From: Oopsacas minuta
Lineage: Eukaryota > Animalia > Porifera
Direction: 5' to 3'
DNA: 64,000 bases
NCBI GenBank assembly: GCA_024704765.1
Contig: JAKMXF010000365.1
Location: 310,001 to 374,000 of the forward strand
Below the pieces are notes generated by a model that worked only from the letters and a program-made list of their open reading frames with translations, was not told the DNA's origin and made no database searches. The position numbers and the translations under genes are program-made. Of this stretch, positions 42,899 through 52,237 are shown piece by piece (the first letter of the stretch is position 1; the number at the start of each line of letters is the position of its first letter).

Positions 42899-44278
42899 AT
42901 GGAGAATATCGAGGAAAATAGGAGTGAAGACACAGAGAATTCAGATGAAGAGATCGAGTACAGGGAAGCAGATTTTCCTAAGAACAGAGGCTATTTCAAT
43001 AAAGTAGAACTTGTAAGGTTAGCACTGTGTATCGGATTCAATACAGACCTATTCACAGTACACTTCTCACATATAGACAGTGATATTATAGATGAAGAGG
43101 GAGTTACAAGGGAACAAGTACTAGATCTGCTATACACATATGATTTTAATATTAGTATCCACAAGACAATGAACATACACTCACAAGAATATAACGAAAG
43201 GTTGATACGAAAGGTAGTGCATTTGTTGGAAGAAGGGAAAATAGGGTTTTCAGAACTGAAACAAATATCACGGGTATACAGTTTCTATGAGTGCAAAGAT
43301 GGAGATGGAATGTCAGTAGACAGTCTTACAATCTTGAGTGCTCTCAAAATGTGTAACAGAGTTATGGGACTATTACAGCTTAAGAATGAGATAGCCAGAC
43401 GAGCAGACATATTTGAGATACCCAAACGTCTTACGATGTATGAGCTAATAGATTTCTATCTTGTATCTCAGTCATTGTCTTATTGGGAACAGCTGATAGA
43501 AGTTCCAGAACTCCCGGAAGGAAAAGATGAAGGTGAAGAAACGTATACTCTAACTTCACCACACCAACTAGAAGGTCTCCAATATGAGCGTATACTAACC
43601 AGCTTGGATGATGAGTATAGGAAACTGCTGTATCAACCTGTACAGACAAAACAGGAAAAAATTGACGTTACTAATCTGGTTAATCCTAGAAAACGTTTGC
43701 AATTATACGAAAAGTCTCGATCAGATCTAGCGAAGGATTACAAGAATTATATAAAGTCTGAGAAGAGGATCTGGAGAGCAAGAGCAGGATATTGTCCGGA
43801 TCCTCTAAGAACACAAACAGCTGAGAAGAAGAGGAAGAAAGGAACAGTAGGGGTTATAGACTATAGCAAGCTAGATATGAGTAGACACATAGATGCTAGA
43901 TACCGTCATGATGTTATGAAATACGGGTTACATACTGAAGAGATTACTGAGAGAGATGAAGAGGTTGTTGATTTGAAATGGAAGATGATTCGTAGTGAAA
44001 CGAAGTTGGAAAATAAGCTGAAAGAGATAAGACAAGGGAAATCAAAAAGAAGTGATGAGAGTAATGCTAATGATCTTATTCCTAGCATCATGTCTTCCTT
44101 AAACCTAACATTAAAGTCAATCCAGGGCGAAATCAATTCTCCGAGAAAGAAAGGAAACACACCTAATCTTTCTGCGAAAAGATTGAATCAAATCACAAAG
44201 AGATTTGAAAATCTAGATAGCAGATTTGTGGAAGAGATCGTGAAAGATTGGATCACTACATCGTCCTCAAAATTGTAA
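42899..44278 (+). CDS. Uncharacterised 459-aa protein with degenerate EF-hand-like motifs and a basic coiled-coil C-terminal half
   Basis: Intronless ORF with loop-like segments FPKNRGYFNKVEL, FYECKDGDGMSVD and RLTMYELIDFY. Confidence 0.7.
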   Translation: MENIEENRSEDTENSDEEIEYREADFPKNRGYFNKVELVRLALCIGFNTDLFTVHFSHIDSDIIDEEGVTREQVLDLLYTYDFNISIHKTMNIHSQEYNERLIRKVVHLLEEGKIGFSELKQISRVYSFYECKDGDGMSVDSLTILSALKMCNRVMGLLQLKNEIARRADIFEIPKRLTMYELIDFYLVSQSLSYWEQLIEVPELPEGKDEGEETYTLTSPHQLEGLQYERILTSLDDEYRKLLYQPVQTKQEKIDVTNLVNPRKRLQLYEKSRSDLAKDYKNYIKSEKRIWRARAGYCPDPLRTQTAEKKRKKGTVGVIDYSKLDMSRHIDARYRHDVMKYGLHTEEITERDEEVVDLKWKMIRSETKLENKLKEIRQGKSKRSDESNANDLIPSIMSSLNLTLKSIQGEINSPRKKGNTPNLSAKRLNQITKRFENLDSRFVEEIVKDWITTSSSKL

Positions 44279-44313
44279 CATTACTTACCACTTTTATACA
44301 ATTTCTATATATT

Positions 44314-44319
44314 TTTATT
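44314..44319 (-). terminator. AATAAA polyadenylation signal of SEPHS2
   Basis: tttatt on the + strand, 47 nt downstream of the SECIS. Confidence 0.6.
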
Positions 44320-44365
44320 CTATTTATGCAATAAATAAAATAAACAAATCTAACAATGTGTAGCT

Positions 44366-44429
44366 CAGAGAATAAGTAGATCAGTTAGAGCTGAGGTTTG
44401 ACAACAATAACTTCATAGTGTATTCTCTG
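44366..44429 (-). promoter_or_regulatory. Type I SECIS element in the SEPHS2 3'UTR
   Basis: Minus strand reads CAGAGAATA cact ATGAA gttattgttgtc AAA cctcagctctaac TGAT ctact TATTCTCTG: perfect 9-bp helix I, AUGA/GA core, helix II, and unpaired AAA 12 nt above the core. Confidence 0.9.
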
Positions 44430-44472
44430 TGTAAGATATTATGGTTAATATATTAATTTAACAATCATTATA

Positions 44473-45857
44473 TTAAGAGAAACAGTGAACTTCAATAACT
44501 TTAACGTCACCAGCTATTCTAGCCTGTTTATTCCCAGAAATAACCCTCCCAACTATCCAAGATTCAAACCCATCCGCTAATATATCCTTACATAATCTAT
44601 CAGCATTATCGGGCCTCAAACACATCAATAAGCCCCCTGATGTTTCAGCACTATATCCATCTAATAGCTTGAAGTCTTGCCCGTGATCTTTAGCGGTACT
44701 AGCTACTCTACTCATGTTAGCGATTATTGGCAGAGTATCTAATACGAAATCAACATTAGCTTTCTGATGGCTTACAAGGTTCTGTGCATGACCGATTATA
44801 CCGAATCCAGTCACGTCTGTTGCCGCGTGTACTTCTAAACCGGGTTAATAAAAAGATTGACATATACTATAATTTGTATAATAATATCACTTACCGTGTT
44901 TATGCATTAAGCTAGCTGCTGTTCTGTTTAATCTAACCATTGAAAACATAGCAGCTAGATAAGCAGTTTTAACTTCATCTACAGTAATAATATCTTTAAT
45001 CTTATCCCACCATTGTGATTTATCTAACCACTGATGAGCATTAACTGCTATCTGTGTTCCTAACGGTTTGGTGAGTACAATAACATCACCTTCCAGGGCT
45101 CCGTCAGGAATAATAAACTCATCTCTAGTGCAAACTCCGCTAGCTACTCCTCCGATTATGTACCAAGGATTTAGTACAGTTTGTCCTCCATTAATACTGG
45201 TACCTAGAAGGAATTGGCTAATACAGTTCTATAGGTTATAAATAGTTTTAACTTACCAGCTAGTTTAGCTTGATCATTGAATCCTTGTATCATAAGAGGG
45301 TTAACTACAGCACCTTGCTGCTTGCTGAGCTCTGTACTCACACCAAGTAGCATTAACATATTATCACACTCTGATACTCCCATAGCATACAAGTCACTCA
45401 ATACATTAGCACATCCAATCATTCCCTATAGGAAATGTATTATGCAATGTACTGGAATTCCTTCCACAAGTATATGACGTCATATATACCTGCATATAAG
45501 GATCTTCAACAAGAGGATAGAAGAAGTCTGTTGTCTGTACGATAGAAATACCCTTATGTCTGGTAGGTAGGACACAGCTGTCTAGTCCTACCCCCACTTG
45601 TTCTCCTGTCCTCTTCTCGATCCCCTCCAGCATGTTGAGCAGCTCATGCTGAGGGATCTAAGAACAAAGTATAATAAAGTAATGAAGTAATTGCTATTAG
45701 CTAATGAATAACATGCCTTACAACCTCATCCTTTCAGCTTAGTGAAGCTAGTCAGTCTGAAGCTAGCATCTAATCCGTGCTGTACAGGATCAAATTCTTT
45801 ATACTTATCTCTCATCTTTGTATACCCATTACCAGCTATGGGATGTTCAATAGCCAT
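44473..45857 (-). CDS. SEPHS2: Selenophosphate synthetase 2 (selenoprotein, Sec44), 382 aa; exons 45857-45717, 45657-45490, 45425-45257, 45203-44895, 44834-44473
   Basis: Exon 1 reads [16 protein letters not shown] (TGA at 45728-45726), matching the SPS KG-U-GCK motif. Also [39 protein letters not shown] and ETSGGLL. The CDS sums to 1149 nt and has a SECIS downstream. Confidence 0.95.
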
Positions 45858-46001
45858 CCCTTTACTCTATCATTATAGTGATATTATTGCAGTAAATATA
45901 TACTCGATGGACAAATTCAGAGCGTAATTGTTAAGAACCCACACTACCAATTTACATAGAGGGGACAATGTAAATCTAACCCAGTGATATCCTACATAAA
46001 C

Positions 46002-46946
46002 ATGCTAAAAAGTAGGAGCATAATCTTCAGAGGACATTCTAGTATCCGATCCATAAGGAGACCTTACGGTACTAGTAATGTGGCTAAGAATTGGAAATTG
46101 ATTCTAGGGTATACCGTATTCACGACCACATTTACTGGAGCAGCTCTAGTAGTTACTGCTGTAGGAGAATACGAGCTAGTCAGGAGACAAAGAGGATTTA
46201 TGAATAATCCAATGAACTCATATAGAAGGAAAATGTGGTTAGGACCGCCTGGACAAGAAGAGTTTAAGCTACGAGAGAGGATGGGAGACTGGTTCAGGTC
46301 CTTGGTACCTACACAGACGGCATTTCTAGTTATAATAGCAGTCAATATAGGAATACTTCTTGCTTGGAAAAGAGCAGTCTACAACAGAGAACTATCTAAC
46401 AAGATGTTTAAGTGGTTTACACTAAGAAATAGCTCTAAACCAATTACACTACTGACCTCTACCTTTAGTCACAGCTCTGCACTACACTTATTCATCAATA
46501 TGTACTGTTTATGGACATTCTTGCCAACAATGGACAGTAGTTATGGCCTTATAAGAACTTTAGCGATATTCTTCACAGGATGTGTGTGTTCCTCTTACGT
46601 AAATGTGTTATACAAACTGATAAGAGGGAGTACAATACCATCAGTAGGAGCTTCTGGTGGAATTTTGGCTGTAGTAACTGCAATGGCCGAAATCTTCCCA
46701 GATATAAGACTGACATTTATTATTCCAGTAGTAGCATTCGATGCTTCTACTGGAGTTATAGGGATAACAGCTCTTAGCGTGTGTGGGATAATATTCAAAA
46801 AGATATTACCTTCAATTGACCACGTGGCTCATTTAGCAGGAATAGCATATGGATATGTATGGCATAGATATATACACACATTCTATGTAACACACTCTAA
46901 AACAGTCAAAAGCAAATGGAGACAGTTCAGAGAAAGAAAATACTAA
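46002..46946 (+). CDS. PARL: Mitochondrial rhomboid protease PARL-like
   Basis: Arg-rich presequence, STFSHSSALHLFINMYCL, catalytic GASG and HVAHLAG. The ATG is at 46002; the ORF track uses a GTG start. Confidence 0.88.
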   Translation: MLKSRSIIFRGHSSIRSIRRPYGTSNVAKNWKLILGYTVFTTTFTGAALVVTAVGEYELVRRQRGFMNNPMNSYRRKMWLGPPGQEEFKLRERMGDWFRSLVPTQTAFLVIIAVNIGILLAWKRAVYNRELSNKMFKWFTLRNSSKPITLLTSTFSHSSALHLFINMYCLWTFLPTMDSSYGLIRTLAIFFTGCVCSSYVNVLYKLIRGSTIPSVGASGGILAVVTAMAEIFPDIRLTFIIPVVAFDASTGVIGITALSVCGIIFKKILPSIDHVAHLAGIAYGYVWHRYIHTFYVTHSKTVKSKWRQFRERKY

Positions 46947-47161
46947 GTCTTTGATCATTTGACTATTATTTGTATTCTTATATGAAAACTCGTATTATAT
47001 ATTTATCTCATACGTGAATGTACGCGTGCGAGACAGCATTATTGCTTTAGGTTAAAACAAGGAAATAGATTAAGAAGTAACTTGAAGGAATTGAGTTAAT
47101 TAATAAGTCTGATAAGTTTGCCATAATAATTGATAATTGTTAATGTGTTCTAAATTTTAAA

Positions 47162-48355
47162 TTAATAATTCGTTTTCTCAAAACAAAATATTGAAGGATT
47201 TAAAGTGGAGGCTTTTTTGTTTTGAGACAATTTCCTTTTCGTTACATTGTCAAAGGGAGTTGTCTTAGTTAGAGAGAACTTTTTATAGCTAGGCCGCAGG
47301 TTTATAGGTAGGGCTCCTTTATGGATTGTATTGAATTGTGACGATTTCTTTTCTGGACTTGAAATAGAAAGGGTTACAACATTAGAATTTAGAATTTCAG
47401 AGAAAGGATTGGATAGAGGATCAGGATTATCTTCAGCAAATACCTTAGGGCGTTTAGCTTTGGATTTACAATCTTGAGAAGGTGAGCTAGATATTGTAGC
47501 CTTTTCAGGGCATTGTATAGACTGCTTGAGTTTAAGGTGTTTACTTTTAAGATTAAAATATTCTGTGGAATACTGAAGAATTTTAGAGTTAGCTTTAACG
47601 ATGTCTTGTGCTTTCTGTGAATATTTCTTCTCAATTTCTCTCATCTCCTTAATAGCTTTCTCTTTCTCATTACGAATAGTTTGATTCAACTCTTTCAATT
47701 CATCGTAGTTCTTCTTTAAATGGAACAGAGATTGAGCTATAGATCTAACAGCAATAGGACCGTCACCATAACTCGCTACTAGGAATTCTATGTCAGTTTT
47801 ACCATTATCTATAACAGATTGTATGAGCTTGTAAACTTTAGCGGAATTCTCAAGCTCATGACAACGTTTTGCTGTCTGGTCATGTTCATCAGTAATTTTA
47901 TCGAACTGAGAATAAACTGATTTGAGTTCTCTGTTCAATTGAGATACAATTTTATGTTCTTCATGGTATTTCTTCTCGAATTTAGTCCGAGAACACCTGA
48001 GAGATTCGTTTTCATCTTTACAGTGATATAACTCCTCTCGTAAAATAGCGAGATCAGCTTCTTTCTCTGACAAATTATGTTCATATTCACTTATACGAGA
48101 ACGTAGTTTGCGTGGACTACATTCTGTATCAATAGCAGGTCCAGCTTCTTCATAGCCAGCTCCCAGCTCCCCTTCAGAATTCAGATACAGTTTAATAACA
48201 TCTGCTACTTTGGAGCATTTAGCTCTACACTGTGGACAAGTCTTATTCAGCTGCAGCCAATGCTTGAGACATTCAGAGTGGAAGATGTGACCGCATCTAG
48301 GTGCAGAGCAGTCAGACTTTATGTCATCTGTACAGATCAGACATATCAGATTCAT
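47162..48355 (-). CDS. TRAIP: RING-H2 plus coiled-coil E3 ligase, TRAIP-like
   Basis: N-terminal CLIC...CGHIFHSECLKHW...TCPQCR followed by VIKLYL, then a long coiled coil. Confidence 0.8.
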   Translation of the reverse strand: MNLICLICTDDIKSDCSAPRCGHIFHSECLKHWLQLNKTCPQCRAKCSKVADVIKLYLNSEGELGAGYEEAGPAIDTECSPRKLRSRISEYEHNLSEKEADLAILREELYHCKDENESLRCSRTKFEKKYHEEHKIVSQLNRELKSVYSQFDKITDEHDQTAKRCHELENSAKVYKLIQSVIDNGKTDIEFLVASYGDGPIAVRSIAQSLFHLKKNYDELKELNQTIRNEKEKAIKEMREIEKKYSQKAQDIVKANSKILQYSTEYFNLKSKHLKLKQSIQCPEKATISSSPSQDCKSKAKRPKVFAEDNPDPLSNPFSEILNSNVVTLSISSPEKKSSQFNTIHKGALPINLRPSYKKFSLTKTTPFDNVTKRKLSQNKKASTLNPSIFCFEKTNY

Positions 48356-48522
48356 TACTTATCTAATTTACACTATACCATTCAGTAAATATAGCATAAA
48401 ATGATATACACGCATTAGCAAAATTCATAATTGCAATTAAATAAAAAAATAGCTATGATATATGAAGGTAGATAAACCTAATCCAATTTCAAAAACTTAT
48501 ACTTCGTTACCTCTTATAAAGT

Positions 48523-50136
48523 TTACTTCTTCTTGTGGAGATGATTATTGAAAGCAATATCAAACACTTCTAAAACAAAGTCCATATCCTGTTTGGTAGC
48601 AGGGAAGGGAGGCTTGAGTCTGAGAGCTCCGTACATACCTCCCTTAGCTACTAGTACTCCCATGTCACGAAGATCTTCCATTATCTTCGCTAAGTTATCA
48701 GCAGGGAATGTATTTCTAGATTTCTTGTCAGTAGCCAACTCAATTGAAACCATGAATCCAATACCACGTACATCTCCCAAAAACTCATATCTAGAGGATC
48801 AATCAAAATTTACAAAGTAAAGTGACTACCCAAGGAATTCCCCAATCTTACTATGTAATATACAATTTATCAAATACAAACCTTTCTCTTAATTTCAACA
48901 ATCCACTGATTAAGTAGTTCCCCACTTCATGTACATGTGCTTGCATATTCTCTTCATCAATAACATCCAGGGTAGCAGACGCCACAGCACAAGAGAGAGC
49001 GTTCCCACCAAAAGTATTGAAGTGTAACGTTCTAGCTAAACAGCTGGCTATCTCTTTAGTAGTTATAACAGCTGCTATAGGGAATCCACTACCCATACCT
49101 TTTGCTGTTACAACAATATCAGGCATTACTCCCTGATACTCAAATCCCCAATAATGACTACCCAGTCTTCCGAACCCTGTCTGAACCTCATCAGAGATAC
49201 ACAGTCCTCCCCTTTTCCTCGTCATCTCAAACGCCCCCTTCATGTACCCTCTAGGAATGTGTACGCCTCCACCAGAACCCTGTATCGGTTCAATCATCAT
49301 CCCTGCTATCTTTGGTGGTAGTGAGTGTCTGAATGTTTCATCCAGCACCCCTAAGTAGTTCTCACTCGCCATACACTCCCCATCAGCACAATTACAGTCA
49401 CGGACGGTCTGAGCAGGACCATCTCTACAGTTCTTTCCACCCCACATCCCTCTGTACACGTCAGGATTCATAACACTGGTAATTCCAAATCCATTTGGTA
49501 TCTGTGAAATAAAATGTAAAAGTTTGTCCTTTGTCGTATTTTAGGAAATTTGGGAGTCACCTGTGGTTTCCAATGACCCATACCCAACATTCCTAGGTTT
49601 GCATTAGATATTCCATGATATGCATTATTAAGAGTCAGGTATTCCCATGCTCCAGTGTATAGTCTTGCCAAGGAGAGAGCCATTTCAACAGCTTCAGTCC
49701 CACAGTTAACTAGGTAAATGGTATCCAGATGTTTTGGGAGTTTGCTAGTTAGTTTCTCTAACAAACGAGTCATGTTTGGATGCATGTGCATGTTCGTACA
49801 ATGCCAGAGAGTATCAACTGCCTCCTTTAAGTGTTTTGATACTTTAGGATGACAATGTCCCACACTTATGGTAGATACTGAAGCTGTAAGATCAATGTAC
49901 TGCTTACCAGTATGATCCCATAGATACTGTTTATTGCCCTGAGTTATAAGCACAGGCTTTTTGTATAAAGTAAATATAGCTGGATTCAAATGCTTTTCTC
50001 TGATCCTCAAATGATGGTCGTAATCTAAGTTTACCTTCTTAGGAGATATTTCTGCATCTGGTATCTTAGGTACTCGCTGTAAGGGAGTAGTGCTATAGCT
50101 ATAACGAGCTGCATTCACGTAGAAAGAACGCAGCAT
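48523..50136 (-). CDS. AGXT2: Alanine-glyoxylate aminotransferase 2-like, copy A, 487 aa; introns 49560-49502 and 48881-48791
   Basis: Class III PLP aminotransferase: SVGHCHP, EPIQG, ISDEVQTGFGR, AKGMGSG, HFNTFGGN, MNPDVYRG; mitochondrial presequence. Confidence 0.92.
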
Positions 50137-50370
50137 AACTAAGATAGTATAATGAATAGCATATGTAGTTATTTACACTAAATCATAATGCCCACATATG
50201 GAAAAGTATTATTACTAATTACAGTATTAACAAGTCTTATTTGGTTGTAGCCAATGCTTCAGATCATTGATTGCAATGAAATTGAAAAATAGCTAAATAA
50301 ATATAGAGTATATGATATATTTATGTCGATAGACCTACCTATTTTCGAAAACTTATTAGTCGTATATGAT

Positions 50371-51984
50371 TTACTTCTTCCTCTGGAGATGATTATTGAA
50401 AGCAATATCAAACACTTCTAAAACAAAGTCCATATCCTGTTTGGTGGTAGGGAAAGGAGGCTTGATTCTGAGGGATGAGTACATACCTCCCTTAGCTACT
50501 AGTACTCCCATGTCACGACAGTCTTCCATTATCTTCATTAGATCGTTGGCAGGGAATGTATTTCTAGATTTCTTGTCAGTAGCCAACTCAATTGAAACCA
50601 TGAATCCAATACCACGTACATCTCCCAAAAACTCATATCTAGAAGATCAATCAAAATTTACAAAGTAAAGTGACTACCCAAGGAATTCCCCAATCTTACT
50701 ATGTAATATACAATTTATCAAATACAAACCTTTCTCTTAATTTCAACAATCCACTGATTAAGTAGTTCCCCACTTCATGTACATGTGCTTGCATATTCTC
50801 TTCATCAATAACATCCAGGGTAGCAGACGCCACAGCACAAGAGAGAGCGTTCCCACCAAAAGTATTGAAGTGTAACGTTCTAGCTAAACAGCTGGCTATC
50901 TCTTTAGTAGTTATAACAGCTGCTATAGGGAATCCACTACCCATACCTTTTGCTGTTACAACAATATCAGGCATTACTCCCTGATACTCAAATCCCCAAT
51001 AATGACTACCCAGTCTTCCGAACCCTGTCTGAACCTCATCAGAGATGCACAGTCCTCCCCTTTTCCTCGTCATCTCAAACGCCCCCTTCATGTACCCTCT
51101 AGGAATGTGTACGCCTCCACCAGCCCCCTGTATCGGCTCAATCATCATCCCTGCTATTTTTGGTGGTAGTGAGTGTCTGAATGTTTCATCCAGCACCCCT
51201 AAGTAGTTCTCACTCGCCATACACTCCCCATCAGCACAATTACAGTCACGGACGGTCTGAGCAGGACCATCTCTACAGTTCTTTCCACCCCACATCCCTC
51301 TGTACACGTCAGGATTCATAACACTGGTAATTCCAAATCCATTTGGTATCTGTGAAATAAAATGTAAAAGTTTGTCCTTTGTCGTATTTTAGGAAATTTG
51401 GGAGTCACCTGTGGTTTCCAAGGACCCATACCCAACATTCCTAGGTTTGCATTAGATATTCCATGATATGCATTATTAAGAGTCAGGTATTCCCATGCTC
51501 CAGTGTATAGCCTTGCCAAGGAGAGAGCCATCTCATTTGCCTCAGTCCCACTGTTAACTAGGTAGATAGTATCCAGATGTTTTGGGAGTTTGCTAGTTAG
51601 TTTTTCTAGCAAACGAGTCATGTTTGGATGTATATGCATGTTCGTACAATGCCAGAGAGTATCAACTGCCTCCTTTAAGTGTTTTGTAACTTTAGGATGA
51701 CAATGTCCCACACTTATAGTAGATATAGAAGCTGTAAGATCAATGTACTGCTTACCAGTATGATCCCATAGATACTGTTTATTGCCCTGAGTTATAAGCA
51801 GGGGCTTGCTGAACATAGGGAATATAGCTGGATTCAAATGCTTTTCTCTGATCCTCAAATGATGGTCATAATCTAAGTTTACCTTCTTAGGAGATATTTC
51901 TGCATCTGGTATCTTAGGTACTCGCTGTAAGGAAGTAGTGCTATAGCTATAACGAGCTGCATTCACGTAGAAAGAACGCAGCAT
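50371..51984 (-). CDS. AGXT2: Alanine-glyoxylate aminotransferase 2-like, copy B, 487 aa; introns 51408-51350 and 50729-50639
   Basis: Tandem duplicate offset by 1848 bp; it keeps the canonical VNSGTEANE motif. Confidence 0.92.
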
Positions 51985-52237
51985 AACTAGGTACCAGAAT
52001 TCATAGAATATAATTAAAACAATTAAATAATGAGGAAAATACGACGTATTAGAGATCTGAGTATATATGTACTGTTCTATGATGAAATAAACAAGTTATA
52101 AATTAGCATAGGAAAGCATAGGGAACCATGATTGACACCTAGAGGGCAGAGAAAACTGGGGGTTCCTAGATTTGTGTGATTAAAGGCTAGGACAGATTTA
52201 TCTGATGTTTATAAGCCTGATACTATTCTAGAGATTG

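Noticed and set aside
45742-45927. 61-aa plus-strand ORF between SEPHS2 and PARL
   Set aside because: It is the antisense of SEPHS2 exon 1.
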